From the NCBI GenBank assembly GCA_964016885.1, contig OZ024743.1, forward strand, positions 330,770,001 through 330,834,000: a stretch of 64,000 nt of DNA, read 5' to 3'. The translations under genes and the position numbers were made by a program. This document shows, piece after piece, positions 39,670-53,026 of this stretch. The notes beneath the pieces are model-generated. The model was given only the letters and a program-made list of their open reading frames with translations, ran no database searches and had not been told where the DNA came from. Position 1 is the stretch's first letter. Every line of letters starts with the position of its first letter. The stretch is from Eledone cirrhosa (taxonomy: Eukaryota).

Positions 39670-42600
39670 GTTCTGTTCGGACGCTTTTTGCTCGCTCCCA
39701 GTAAGTCGCTTTATTTGCCTGTTAAAATTATTTGTTGTTAAATATTTTTTGTTGTTTAATGGGTATAAGCCCTTAGACTTAGACTTTGCCCTGTGAAGGG
39801 GAAAGTATAATATTTGGGCCTTTTGGCCCAAATATTTGAACATTTTACTTTAAAAAAAATATATATATAAAAAAAAATATGGCTGAACTAGCCCCCCCCC
39901 CCCCCCCCCCCCCAGCAATATGTCGTGTGACAACGGCGTAAAAGTTGAAAGGAGAGTTAGTGAAATTCATACAACATACAACAGACACCACCACAAACAA
40001 CGTGAACAAAGACAACAACACTGAGAACACTAATTTTGAAAAAATTACCACACCAAATACAACAATAACAGCGTCAACCAAACTACAGACAACAGAAAAA
40101 AAATGACAACAAATGCAACAACGAAATTAACACCACTAACAAGAAAATAAACAACGACAACACCAACAGCAACAATACAAATTGCACCGAAAACAACAAC
40201 AACAGTGGCACCAAAAACACAACCAACTACAACGGTGATAACAGCAACAACACCAACAACACCGCTTGTAGCAGTAGCAACAGCACCAACTACAAGACCA
40301 GTAGCAGCAGTAGCAGCAGCAATAATGGTGCTGCTGAAAAAGGGACCACTTCTTTCGCAGGTGTGGCCCGAAATATAGAGACAGTGCTAGTCACGGAGGA
40401 GGAGATAGCAGTCGCAAGAGCCATGGTGTCGAGAAACGACAATAGAGTTTCCCTGAAACCTCCACCCGATTTCTTCAAAGACCAGCAGCTGCGCACGGTG
40501 ACTTACCGCACCGTAAGCAAAATGTCACATCGGGTGGAGAGAGCCACGGAAGCTCAAATCCAAAAGGCCTTGGGGTGCGCCTGGGCGCGCAAACCCACAT
40601 CACCCGAGGCAAAAAGTACGCCACAGTAGACGTACTTTTCGCCACCCCCCAAGAGGCGAAGTCTCACTCTTTGGAAACCCTAAAGAGTGAGGAGATAGTC
40701 TTTCTTGGTGCCCTCCTACTGCGGGTAGAAAATTGTGAGGGTCAAAGTATCCCAGGTTCCGCCCGACGTGCCTATACCTTGGCTGGCCGCGTCTGTACTG
40801 ATCTTCGGCGTCGCACCGATCTTCGGCGGCTACGATGTATACGCATCTCCCAGCCGTCCAGGATCGGGGGGAGGGGTTGCCGTGCTTTTTCGGAGATGTT
40901 TGGATCTCGCCATACGGGCCATCTTCCTCGAACCAGGAGGTAAGTCGGTGGTGTTGGACGTGACCGGCAGCGAAGGCAATGCTTTCAGGCTAGTAGCCGT
41001 CTATGCCCCAACAGGGGCAGGATGGCCAGATTTCTTCAGACGTCTAGAGACCTTTCTTGGAACGTCCCGCTCTTTAGTGTAAGTGGGCAACTGGAACGGT
41101 ATCTTAGATGCATGCTAGGATTATGTGAGGTTAGTGGACAGGGCAGGAGGATGTAAAAGTTTCAACAACATGCTCAGACGTTTTGAACTGTCTGACAGGT
41201 ATAGACTGGATTATCCGAATGTGGCAATGTGGACATGGGCAAACCGCATCGGGACATCCAGATCGTATTTAGATAGGGTATTCTGTAGGGAAACAGATAA
41301 GGCTAGTGTATGTTGTTGACAATTTAACGTAGTCTACTACACGGATCACAAGTTAGTGATCTGAAAAGTTGACTTAGATAGACTCCATAGGAAAGGGCTC
41401 GGCTACTGGAAGCTGAACATCGTTCCCGGCGCGCAAAGTTTACAGCGACCGGATTAGCGAATTAGTTAAGCGTGCGTTGACGGGCGCGATCGTCAACAAC
41501 AGGTGGTGGTTTACCCTGAAAATGCCTATTAGAGTAGAATCGATAAGGTTTAACAAAGGAGTAGTGATAGAGGAAAATAGAGTAGAGGGAGAGTTAGTTA
41601 GAAAGCTAGAAGAGGCGTTTAGGACAGGCATCGCAACCGACGTGCTTGCGGCGAGATTGGCACTCGACTAATTCTTCAACGCAAAGCATGAAAGCTGCGT
41701 TGTCAGAGCTAGAGCGCGTGCTCTAAGACACGAGGGGACGAAAGCTGTTCAATGGGCCCGGGTGGTGGAGGCGCGACGTGGCAACAAGTCCATAATTCGG
41801 TCTTTGCCTGATCAAAACGGGCGCATGATGCTCGAACCCGAACAGATGTGTGCGGCTTTTCAACAGCACTTTGCTCAATTGTTCGGGAGCGGCGGCGGGC
41901 CGGATCGGAGTATAGACTTCGGTGCATACCTCGACGGACTGCCGCGGCTCTCGACAATCGCAGCGCAGTGCTGCGAAAAGCCGATAATAGCAGGTGAAAT
42001 ACGGGAAGCCATGTCTGACTGCACAAGGGGTAAATCGCCAGGTTTGGATGGTCTGCCCTACGAGCTTTATGCGTATATGCCAGACATGTTCGGCGGCCTC
42101 TTGGCAGATGTCTACTGCAGCTGGCAGCAGAACGGGAGCATTCCCAGTTTTGTGAGCCGGGGAGCGGTGGCGATGCTGAGAAAAGACCCGAACAAGGGGG
42201 ACGTTATAGACAAGCTCAGGCCCATAACTCTAAACGCAGAGTTTAAGATTTTGGCCAAGGTGTTAGCAAAGAGATTAGCGTTTGTCGTCGATGATCTGGT
42301 GGGAGATTCCTCACAGATCCATCCACCACATCCTCCATCTCATGCGATACATCATAGAGAGGGTGGTTAAGGAACCTGGCACGGGTGGGGCCCTGATCAA
42401 CTTGGATCAATCTAAAGCATTTGATAGGGTCGACCATCGGTACCTGGCTGCGGTCCTCGAGGCGGCCGGCTTCGGGCTCGTTTTTAGGGGCTGGATCGCT
42501 GCGATGCACAGGGACATCTGCTCGATTGTGAGGGTGAATGGTCACCTGTCGCAGCCATTCAGCATCATGTGCTCGGTCCGCCAGGGTTTCCCCCTCTCGT

Positions 42601-44300
42601 CCCTCTTGTACGTACTGGCCCTAGAGCCGTTACTGCACAAATTGAAGACGATGAGGGGGTCCCACGCGAACTGGAATGCGGGAGATCCGTGTCAGCTTAC
42701 GCTGACGACGTCACCGTGGTGGTGTCGAGCACCAAACACGTCCAGATGCTCGGCACCGCTCTCAAGGAATACGAAGCGGTGAGAGGAGCAAAGATAAACC
42801 AGGAAAAGTCGGTGGGCTTGCAACTTGGCACCTGGAGAGGCTAGTCCATGCCATCCGACAGCGTCGTGGGGCGCTGGACGGAAGGACCAGTTAAATTGCT
42901 CGGGGTCTGGTTCGGTCCTGACGTCCAGATGGAGAAAACTGGAGGAGGGGACCCAGAAATGGGCCGAGAGGAGGCTGTCTCTGAAAGGTCGGGCGGAGGT
43001 GGCAAATGCATACATAGCGTCCGTCATCTGCTACCGCCTGGCCGTCGTACCTTTCCCCCGCCCAACTCTGACCAAAATGGAGCGCCTTCTCTTCCGCTTT
43101 TTGTGGAAGGGACGTGCTCCCATGGTCAGACGATCCATTGACTGTCAATACCCGTTGCGTGGGGGACTAGGCATGCCGTGGCTGATGATGCGCAAACATG
43201 TGCTGAGGCTGCGACATCTCTGGTGCTTCCTTGACGGTGAACAGGTTTTGTCGCCGCTTGCCAGACGCTTCCCAGTTCGTCTCCTTGACGGAGCTGCAGT
43301 CCTGGATCAGGAAAAGACCGAGGGATAGTGTTTGGAAGCTGGAATGTCTCCAAGCGCTCACCGCCCTCTACCAGTTGGGCACTAGTATCGGTGGGACATC
43401 CATCTCGGCGTTCTATAGAAGGCTAGTGGAGGGAAAGAGCGACGACGTTCTCGGGGAGACCTTGGGCGTCGAAGACGATCAGCTGTTCGTTCTCTTCAAG
43501 AGAACTTTCAGACCGGGGCCTATGGAAAATTTCCAGAAATTCCTGGCCTGGCAGTGCTACCGAGGAGCGTTACCGGTTCGGGATAAGATCTACAGGCACG
43601 GAGGTGCTGTCAGCCGAGCCTGTCCGAGATGCGCGCAGGGCGACGAAACCGTCCTGCACGTACTCGTTCAGTGCCCGAGGATTGCTGACTTGTGGAGCTA
43701 TGTCGAACAGCTGCTGTCACGTGTAGGACGGATCCGGTTATCGACTGAGTCCATTGTGCAAATAGCCCCGCCATCCTCCTTTAAAGAGGAGGAAGGGCAG
43801 GCTGTTTTCATCTGCCTGGTGGCCATGGCGAAAGAGATTGTGTGGTGGACAAGGTTGAAAGGATTGAAGACGGACACTTTCCTCTTCGGCCAATCCCTGA
43901 TTAACTTTTTCAAGTTTCACTTGAAGAGGAAAATCAGGGTGGAGAGGCAAGTGCTGTCTTTTAGTAAGTTTGTTGAAAGGTGGGTGAAAGTGGCGAGTCT
44001 GGTCCGAGTGAAAGGGCCCGCTCTGAGTATGCGCCTGTAGACTGAGGAGTGGGAAAACTGAGAGAGGGCGCTTGCCCTGGTGGTCAGGGTGGCCGTGGCC
44101 TTTTTGTGTGGTTTTCGCCATGAGTGACCCTCGGAGGTTTCCCCCTTTTGGGGGAATTTTTGTTTGAATTTTTTGATTTCTAGCCCAATTTTGTTATAAC
44201 CTGTTTACACGACCAAAACCCACTTTGTATCGTTCTGTACTGTTCTGTGCCGTCTCTAACGTTTTTCTTCGTGTTAGCCCTTGTGGCCAATACTGAAATC
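39670..44300 (+). mobile_element. Decayed Tx1/L1-clade LINE with internal deletion
   Basis: Fragmented ORFs align by eye to the ORF1 and ORF2 at 9494-14746 (SPGLDGLPYELY, DQSKAFDRVDH, YADD, CPRC..H..C), with many stops and frameshifts. It ends in (ATT)n, and the 5' boundary is approximate. Confidence 0.9.
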
Positions 44301-44317
44301 ATTATTATTATTAGTAG

Positions 44318-44500
44318 GGTGGTGAATTGGCAGTATCGGTGGAGGGTTCGAAGCCATGCTTTCTAGCATAGTTACGTCCCTTTACGGTCTGAGTTCAATC
44401 CCGTCGAGGTTAACTTTGCCTTTCATCCTTATGGGGTCGATAAAATAAAGTACCAGTAATGTACTGAGTAATTGCTGGCCTTGTGCCAAAAGTAGAAACA
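44318..44500 (+). mobile_element. tRNA-derived SINE (Meta-domain-like)
   Basis: A-box-like tggcagtatcgg, B-box gagttcaatccc and core gcctttcatcctt..ggggtcgataaaataaagtaccag. Several copies occur in the window. Confidence 0.8.
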
Positions 44501-44522
44501 ATTATTATTATTATTATTATTA

Positions 44523-44767
44523 TTTGCATTTATCTTGCTTTATGTTCATACGAGTTATCACCAAGTCACAACCAGTGACCTCAAGAGACAACAAGGTCCG
44601 CCATGTTCAAGAAAGAACATACATATTCACACATGCATCCTTAGTGTTTAGACTTGTGATGTACTTATATTGACAGGATCTTCCTTAGTATATGGGCAGT
44701 TCCCATTAGTACTATCTTTTGTATTTCTCCTATACGCGGGTTTCCTGGGATTTGCGATAAGTAGTCG
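44523..44767 (-). mobile_element. 3' fragment of an R4/Dong-type LINE
   Basis: Encodes DYLSQIPGNPRIGEIQKIVLMGTAHILRKILSI*, similar to the C-terminus of the adjacent ORF. (TAA)n lies on both sides. Confidence 0.75.
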
Positions 44768-44796
44768 ATTATTATTATTATTATTATTATTGTTGT

Positions 44797-47700
44797 TATT
44801 CCTTGGATCTCAGTCATTGATGTTGGTTAACTGGAAAGTCCGTTGGATTGAATATCAAGCCACTACCTGCAGCCTCAGATATTCAGGACGTATCGGAGGG
44901 TTCTTGCTGTTCCAAGCAAGCATGCCTTTTGAAGCGTTCCAAAAAGCGTGAAGGGGCCGATTTTCTTTAACCATCCCTGGAAACTTTTGGAGATAGTCCC
45001 CAGTGCGCCTATGACAATCGGGATCACTTTGACTTCATGGCAGTTCCAAATCCTTTTCACCTCCAACTTTAGGTCCTGGTATCGGTTAATTTTCTCCCTC
45101 TCCTTCTCTTGCACTCTCGTGTCGAACGGGCAGGCCACATCCACAATCAGACACGATCTTTTTTCTTTGTCCACAACCACCAGGTCAGGTCTATTGTGTT
45201 CCAGTTTTTTGTCCGTCTGTATCCTAAAATCCCACAGCACCTTCACCTGATTGTTCTCCATCACCGCCTCTGGCCTATGCTCATACCATTTCTCAGAATG
45301 TGGTAAATTGTTTACTTTGCACAGGTGCCAGTGGATCACCCTGCCCATCACATCGTGTCTCCAGCCCTTATAGTGGGTCTGGGCTAGGTGTTTACACTCG
45401 GACACAATGTGAGCCACAGTCTCCTCTCTCTCTCCACAGATCCTGCACAGTGGGCTAGCCTCCTCCTTGTAGATATGGTGCTTCAACCACTTCGTTTTGA
45501 GGGCCTGCTCCTGCGCAGCCATTAGCATTCCTTCTGTAGCCTTTTTGAGGTCTCCTCTTCTCAACCAGTTCCATGTCTGTGGATCTCTAAATTCAGTTTT
45601 CTCAAAGCAGGTACTATGAAGGGATTTTCCCTTAAGGCTGCTCTTCCTCCTTGATGTTATTTCCTCCTTGGACATCCCCTGGCCTACTGTCCTCTCCTTC
45701 AGTACAGTTCTGAGCATTGGCTCCTTACTATAGGTCACGTATTTGTATAGGTTGTTTTTCTCCATCTGAACACAGTCCTCTATGCTGATAAGACCTCTTC
45801 CACCCTCAGATCTCCTTAGGTAGAGTCTATCGACATCACTCCTCTTGTGGAACATGTTGTAGATAGTCAATAGCTTCCTAGTCTTCCTATCCATTTCTTT
45901 TTGTTCAGCAACATTCCATCTCAGAATTCCCGCACTGTACCTAATAATAGACACAGCTCGGGAATTTACTGCGCTTATGGCATTTCTGCTGTTCAGATGT
46001 GACTTCAATACGCTCCTTACTCTCCGAATGTATTCAGTTCTTAACAATTCCTTCATTTTTTTGTTCTTTATGCCATCAGCCCCCAGAACGCCCAAATACT
46101 TGTATCCTTCCTCAGAGTCAATTTCCTTTATCATCTCACCTGTTGGTATCTGGATCCCGTTACTTCTGCTCAACCTACCCCTCTTCATCACAATGACTCC
46201 ACATTTACCAATACCAAACTGCATACATATATCACTGCTGAAAATACGGACAGTGTCAACAAGCACACCCAACTCCTTCTCACTTTTCCCGAAGAGCTTA
46301 AGATCGTCCATGAAGAGGAGGTGATTGATGGTAAGCTCTCCCCTTCCCAACTTGTATCCTGCTCTCACTTTTCGCAGCATAATGGTCAAGGGCATCAGGG
46401 CAAGGACAAACAACAGAGGGGACAGGCTATCTCCCTGGAAGATACCTCTCTTGATCTTCACGCTTCCCAAGGATACTCCAGTTGATGTCAACTCTGTCTC
46501 CCAGGACCCCATACTCCTGCCTAGCAACTGTCTGATGTTATCTGCCACCCTGTAGATCTCCAGGCTTTTGGTGATCCAGGAATGAGGCACCATGTCAAAT
46601 GCCTTTCTGTAGTCTATCCATCCCATGGCAAGATCAGTGTGTCTCCTCCTGCAATTCCCCATTACCATCTTATCAATAAGTAACTGGTCCTTTGTACCAC
46701 GTGACTTCTTTCGGCATCCTTTCTGTTCGTCCGGTAACAAGTTGTTTGTGTGGAGGTGATGGTAGATTTCCTCAGACACAATGCTCGTCAACAGTTTCCA
46801 CATTACGGACAGACATGTGATAGGTCTATAGTTGGTAACATCATTACCCTTGATTCGGTCTTTCATTATCAGAACTGTGGTACCTTTTGTCAACCACTCT
46901 GGCACCTCACCCGATACCAAGCAGTCATTGAACATGGCCGTCAGCTTCGGGTGGAGGGATGTTAAATGTTTAATCCAATACCCCTGCACACCATCTGGGC
47001 CTGGTGATTTCCAGTTGGTTAGTATTTTGGCCTGCCCCTTAAGAGTTTCAACTGTGATACTCAAATCAGTTTGTTGTTGTGCCTGCTCACCGATCTCCCT
47101 CTGTACTGTCTCAATCCACCCTGCCTGGGCATTGTGTCTAACATCCTGCTCCCATATTCCTCTCCAGAATGTTTTAGTTTGCTCCGCCCCAGGGATCAAG
47201 TCGTTGCCTCTTTCTTTCCCCTCAAGCTGTCCAAACAGCATCTTCTGGTTGTTGTCGAACATGCGGTTCTGTTTATACTGACTGACTCTGTTCTCGTATC
47301 GCCTGATTTTTGCACTCTTTGCTACAATGCGTTGCTTCAGTTCCTCTATGATAATATTTAGCTTTTTCCTCCTAGTTTTGTATTTTATTTCCAGCCTATT
47401 TTTAGTGCCTATGTTTTTTAGTGTCCCATTCAGTAGTGACTCAAGCTTTCCTATGTCATTTCTCATTTCCCCGATTTGCCCACTCAGTCGCTTCTTCCAC
47501 CACGGCTCTGCTCTTTCTTGTCTGTTGTTTCCTCTCGCTTTTATACCAAGTAGTTTCCTCACCGTATTTGCTGTTGCTTTGAGGATATTGTTGCACTGGT
47601 GAAGGCTCCTCGCCTCAAGGTATGGGATGACTTTGTTTACCTTAGCTGTTGTTTCTTTTAACTTTTTCCTGTCTACAAATCTTAGGTTCATAGGTCTCCC

Positions 47701-49323
47701 ACTATCATTGTTCAATTCATCTACCACTAAATTTAGGATGTCAACCGAATCTTGTCCTAGCCCATCAGCATTCATCTCCTCAGTGGCGGTATCTCTGTTC
47801 CAGGTATTATTTATCTCAGTATTCAGATCATTGTCTGCTTCGGGTGGTTCCTCCGTTCTCAGGACCTCTTCACCTTCATTTCCCACTGGCTCGCTTGTCT
47901 GGCATACTACACCCGCCATCTCCAAGCCATTCTCTCTGCTCAGTTCCTCCAGTTCCAGCTCGCTTATCCATCCATTAGTTCTTATTACCCGAGCCTGCCC
48001 GGCCAATTTTTGTTCATCTAATTTAAATAAACCAATCTCGTTCCAGATGTTATGCATCCGTCTCCTGTAGCCCCTCTCCTTGGGGTTACTTTTCAGGTAA
48101 CATTGCATAACAGTTCTATTCAATTCTTTCGTCCAGTTGGTTCTGGCCCCTTTCCTTCTTCTCCTTCCTCCAACATCAGCAGTATTTGGTTGACAGTCAG
48201 GTTCCTGCTGCTGAGCCAGGGGGCACCTGTTGGGTGAGAGTCTGTCACATGACGTTCTAGTCTCCATTTCACCGTTATTCGAACTGTTTATGTTCGATAT
48301 TTAAACACTCTTATCGAGGATTGGCGAATGTATGGTTACATATCCATCTGTGGATCCGCCATTCCACTTGGCCCTTGTGTGGCATTATCACCACGCTGTA
48401 TACGAACACACATAAACAAACAAACACACAGGCAGAAAGGGCCCCAAAAATGAATAAGCATAAGTTTCATTGTAATGTAGTGTTCGAATGTCTGACTTAG
48501 TTTTTGTTTTTTAAGTTTTAGTTTTCCCCCCTCTTCTCTGTCCGTCCGCCTGCTTCTCTCTTCATTCTTATTTTCTTTACATTTTTGGTTTTTTTTTGGT
48601 TTTTTTGTTTTTTTTTTGTTTTTCTCTGTTTGTTTTTCTCGTTTTTTGCTGTTGTTGCTGTGCTGCTTTGGTTTTGTTGTTTGTTTTTTCTTTTTTCTTT
48701 TGAGTCTATCTATATATTTTGATGCCTTCCTCTTTTTTAGCAGTAGGGATTCTATAATGTGGTGGCAGCAGCCAGCTAAAAGAAGTGGGAGACTGGCGGC
48801 GGTAGCGATACTGAGACAGTGGTGGTGGTGATGTCGATACCGAGGCAGTGGTGGCGGCGATGTGACCGTATTACTGTAGTGATGGTGCTGTAGCGGTGGT
48901 AGCAGTGAAGGAGTGAAGGAGTGGTGGCGGCAGTGATGGGATAATGGTTGTAATGATGGCCGTAGTGAGCGGTGGTGGTTTAGTGTACACAGGTGATGGG
49001 GTGGGTGGTGTATCTAGTTTCTGGTGTTGGTGAGTTTGGCTGTTCTATATAGTGTAGACAGAGGAGGAGGGGGGGGGGGGTCTTCTTCCATTTATAGCCA
49101 TTTTCTTTTTTGGATATACAGTGTACAATACAAAGTTGAATATTTGAATATTTGAGCCTTATAACAATATATTTGGGGTCCGAATTTTTTGGGGCTCAAG
49201 CCGGGTGCTTTACGTAGCATTTGTACTAAGAGTTGTTATTTCACAAATGATTTAAATATGTTAAAAATTCAAAACTTACGGGAGCGATTTCATGACCTCC
49301 GTCACCTCGTGCGTCTTCTTCCC
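44797..49323 (-). mobile_element. R4/Dong-type RLE non-LTR retrotransposon, apparently full length
   Basis: A single intact ORF bounded by (TAA)n at both ends. A ~1-kb 5' leader is inferred. Confidence 0.8.
44875..48267 (-). CDS. Reverse transcriptase + zinc knuckle + restriction-like endonuclease
   Basis: [22 protein letters not shown]; CRIC..ETVAHIVSEC; RHD; NRPD..D..KINRY. Confidence 0.93.
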   Translation of the reverse strand: METRTSCDRLSPNRCPLAQQQEPDCQPNTADVGGRRRRKGARTNWTKELNRTVMQCYLKSNPKERGYRRRMHNIWNEIGLFKLDEQKLAGQARVIRTNGWISELELEELSRENGLEMAGVVCQTSEPVGNEGEEVLRTEEPPEADNDLNTEINNTWNRDTATEEMNADGLGQDSVDILNLVVDELNNDSGRPMNLRFVDRKKLKETTAKVNKVIPYLEARSLHQCNNILKATANTVRKLLGIKARGNNRQERAEPWWKKRLSGQIGEMRNDIGKLESLLNGTLKNIGTKNRLEIKYKTRRKKLNIIIEELKQRIVAKSAKIRRYENRVSQYKQNRMFDNNQKMLFGQLEGKERGNDLIPGAEQTKTFWRGIWEQDVRHNAQAGWIETVQREIGEQAQQQTDLSITVETLKGQAKILTNWKSPGPDGVQGYWIKHLTSLHPKLTAMFNDCLVSGEVPEWLTKGTTVLIMKDRIKGNDVTNYRPITCLSVMWKLLTSIVSEEIYHHLHTNNLLPDEQKGCRKKSRGTKDQLLIDKMVMGNCRRRHTDLAMGWIDYRKAFDMVPHSWITKSLEIYRVADNIRQLLGRSMGSWETELTSTGVSLGSVKIKRGIFQGDSLSPLLFVLALMPLTIMLRKVRAGYKLGRGELTINHLLFMDDLKLFGKSEKELGVLVDTVRIFSSDICMQFGIGKCGVIVMKRGRLSRSNGIQIPTGEMIKEIDSEEGYKYLGVLGADGIKNKKMKELLRTEYIRRVRSVLKSHLNSRNAISAVNSRAVSIIRYSAGILRWNVAEQKEMDRKTRKLLTIYNMFHKRSDVDRLYLRRSEGGRGLISIEDCVQMEKNNLYKYVTYSKEPMLRTVLKERTVGQGMSKEEITSRRKSSLKGKSLHSTCFEKTEFRDPQTWNWLRRGDLKKATEGMLMAAQEQALKTKWLKHHIYKEEASPLCRICGEREETVAHIVSECKHLAQTHYKGWRHDVMGRVIHWHLCKVNNLPHSEKWYEHRPEAVMENNQVKVLWDFRIQTDKKLEHNRPDLVVVDKEKRSCLIVDVACPFDTRVQEKEREKINRYQDLKLEVKRIWNCHEVKVIPIVIGALGTISKSFQGWLKKIGPFTLFGTLQKACLLGTARTLRYVLNI

Positions 49324-49385
<62 letters not shown>

Positions 49386-49390
<5 letters not shown>

Positions 49391-52100
49391 CCTGTGTGGA
49401 CATGAACAAACTGCATTGGGTCATCCAGATCGTATGTAGATAGTGTCTTCTGTAGGGATAATAGATAAGATTAGCATAGGATGTCTACTTTTAAAGATGG
49501 TCGGCTACACAGACTTCCGTGGTCCACCTAGATAGGTTACATAGACAGGGACCTGAATACTAAAAGCTGAAAGTATCGCTCCCGGTTCGTAAAAACTACA
49601 GAAACCGGATTAACGAACTAGTTAAGCGGACGTTGACGGGGTGGGGGGGCTGTCGTCGACAACAGTTGGTGGTTCGCCTTGAAAAGGGCGATCAATATAG
49701 AATCCGTTAAGGTTTATCAAGGCTATAGTGATAGAAAAGAATAGATAAGAGGGAGACCTAGTTAGAAAGCTAGACGAGGCGCTTAGAAAAGCATCGCGAC
49801 CGAAGTGCAAGCGACCAGATTGACTCTCGGCCAATTCTTCAACGGTAAGCACGAAAACTGCGTTGTCAAAGCTAGGACGAAAACCGTTCAATGAGCCCGT
49901 GCGGCGGAGACGCTGCGTGGCAACGAAGACACGATCCGTTCTTTGGCACACCACGACTGGCGCATGTTGGTTAATCCCGTGCAGATATATGCGGCTTTAC
50001 AGCAGCTCTTCGCTCAGCTGTTCGGGAGCAGTGGCGAGCCGTATTGCGGAATGGACCTTAGTCCCTACCTCGATGGCCTGAGCTGCTCTTAGCGACGGAG
50101 GCGGAGTCCTGTGAAAAGCCACTGAAATACGGGAGACAATGACTGGCTGCATGAGGGGTAAATTGCCTGGTTTGGATGGTCTGCCCTACGAGCTTTACAT
50201 ACATATGCCAGACTTGTTCGGTGACCTCTTGGAAGATGTCTACTGCAACTGGCAGCAAGAGCGATGGTACTGCTAAGAAAGAACCTGAACAAGGGGGACA
50301 ACAGAGATAATTTCAGGCCCATAATTCTGCTGAATGCAGAGTTCAAAATTTTGGCCAAGCTGTTAGCAGCGAGGTTGGCGCTTGTCGTTGGGAGTCATGT
50401 AGGAGAGGCCCAGATATGCGCCATTCCCAAGAGATCCACCCACGACAACTTCCACCTCATGCGATACATGGTGGAGAGGGTAGCTAAAAAACCTGACACG
50501 GGTTGGACCCTGGTCAATTTATATCAATCGTAAGCTTTCGATGGGGTCGACCATCAATACCTGGTTGCCGTCCTCAGAGCGGCCGGCTTTTGTGCTCGTT
50601 TTCAGACGGTGGATTGCTGCCATGCACAGTGACATCTGCTCTGTGGTGAGAGTGAACAGTCACCTTTCGGAACCTTTCAACATCAGGCGCTCTGTCCGCC
50701 AATGTTGTCCCCTCTCATCCCTGTGGTATTTATTGACTCAAAAGCCATTACTGCACATACTGGAGACGTTGATGGGCATCCCACGCGAACTTGGATGCGG
50801 TAGAACCGTGTCAGCTCAAGCCGATGACGTCCCCTTAGTGGTGTCGAACGCCAAACACATCGAAGCGATCGGCACTACACTAAGAGAATCTGAGGCGGTG
50901 ACAGGAAAATTGGTGGGCCTGCAGCTCCGCACCTGAAGAGGCGGGTCCATGTCGTCCAACAGCATCGCCGGGCCCTAGACGGACGGATCAGTTAAATTGC
51001 TAGGAGTATGGTTTGGTCTAGACCTCCAGATGGACAGAAACTGGGACGAGCAAGGTGGCCTATCTCATCCAGTAATCATCCGAGAGAAAGCTATATCTGA
51101 AAGGTCGCGCGGAGATGGCAAGCACGTACATCGCATCTATTATCTACTACTGCCTGACCATCCTGCATTGTCCTAAGCCTCGTCTGACTGCACTGGAACG
51201 TTTGCTCTTTCACTTTTTGTGGAAGAGACGCACTCCGATGGTCAGGCGGTTCATCTGCTGTTAACACCCGCTACGCGGAGGACTGGGCATGCCGTGGTTA
51301 ATGATGCACAGACATGCGCTGAGATTGCATCTCAAGATTTTCCTAGACAGTGAACAGGTATGGTCGCCTTTCGCTAAGCACGTTTTCCCTCAGCTCGTCT
51401 ATTTGACGGAGCTGCAATCCTGGGTCAAGCGGGGACCGTGAGGGAGTGCTTGGAAACTGGAATGTCTCAAAGCGTTCACTGCCCTTTGCCAATCGGGCTT
51501 TGCGATCGGTGGAAACTCCCCCTTGGCTTTCTATAGAGGGTTAGTGGAGCGTAAGAGCGACGACGTCCTTGGAGAGACTTTGGTGTCGACGAAAGCCAAC
51601 TAGCTATTATCTTCTGGAAGACTTTCGGTTCAAGGCCAATGGATAACTTTCAAAAATCCCTGGCCTCGCAGTGCTACCGGGGAGTTCGAGATGAACTTTA
51701 CAGTCATGGAAATGGCGTCAGCTGGACCTATCCGAGATGCGCGCAGGGTGACGAGACCGTCCTGCATGCACTAGTCCAGTGTCTGAGTATCGCTGGCTTC
51801 TGGGTTTATGTCGAACATCTGCTGTCGCGTGTAGAACGGATCCGGCTATCAGTTGAGTCCATCATGAAGAAGGCAGATTTTATCTGTCTGGTGGACGCGT
51901 CTGAAAGGGTTGAAGACGGGCATTTTCCTCTTCCGCGATGCTCATTAAATTTTTAAGGTTTCACCTGAAAAGGAAAATCAGAGTGGAGAAGGAAGTGCTG
52001 CTTCCCAGCCAGTTTGTTGAAAGGTGGATGGGAGGGGTAAAAATAGCCCGTGTGAATGGGCCTGCCCAAAGCGTGAGCCTGTAGTATTGTAGGAGGACAA
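49386..52100 (+). mobile_element. Heavily decayed, 5'-truncated Tx1-clade ORF2 remnant
   Basis: Fragments NFRPIILLNAEFKILAK, VRQCCPLSS, QADD and GDETVLHALVQC are collinear with the other Tx1 copies. Confidence 0.88.
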
Positions 52101-52272
52101 CTGAGAGAGGAAGACAGTTAAATACTAGAGGCTGAACTACCGCTTCTTCCTTGTACCGATCTTCGTTGAGACCTCTGGTGGTTTTGGTCCCGACACTGCT
52201 GATTTCCTCCACAAAACCGGAAAGACGGTGACCCGCTTGAGGAGGGAGCCGTGTGAGATTGGTTGACTGTTG

Positions 52273-52422
52273 CAGTGTATTACTGGTACTTTATTTTATC
52301 GACCCCGTAAGGATGAAAGGCAAAGTTAACCTCGGCAGGATTTGAACTCAGATCATAAAGGGCTGTAACTCTATGCTAAAAAACATGGTGTCCGACTCTC
52401 TACCAATACTGCCAATCCACCA
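52273..52422 (-). mobile_element. tRNA-derived SINE (same family as 44318)
   Basis: Reverse complement of the same core. Confidence 0.8.
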
Positions 52423-52744
52423 GGCTATGATAAATAATACTTACCCATGATGTCATGAGTGGTCGTCGGACCAGTGATTTTAATTCCTAAGCAAATTTCT
52501 TAACCATTCCGTCATGCTGTGTTCGTAGAGAAACAAATACAACATAATGTGTAGAAATGTAATCGGAGCAGTTACTTACCTCTAGCGATGTCTATTTGTA
52601 TTTGTTTCCGATAAATAAATCAACTTTTATCCGGTTACTATTATCACAGTGTCTGACCTTTCATTCTTCGTCGTTGTTTTCAATTAATCAAAGTTAAACA
52701 CCAACCCCTACCCACCACCACCAGCATCAGACAGTAGTGACATC

Positions 52745-52960
52745 GTGTTTATGATGATGATGATGATGATGATGATAATGATGATGATATTGATGATGTT
52801 GATGATAGTGATGATGATGATGATGATGGTGATGGTGATGGAGATGGAGATGACGACGATGATGATGGTGACGACGACGACGATGTTTATGGTGATGATA
52901 ATGGTGATGATGATGATGTTGATGACGACGACGTTTATGATGACGACAATAGTGATGATC
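52745..52960. repeat. (GAT)n trinucleotide tract
   Basis: Direct reading. Confidence 0.9.
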
Positions 52961-53026
52961 ATATCGAAGGAGTGAATGGATGAGAGGTTGTGGTTTTTAT
53001 CTGCAATTGATTTATATATATATATA

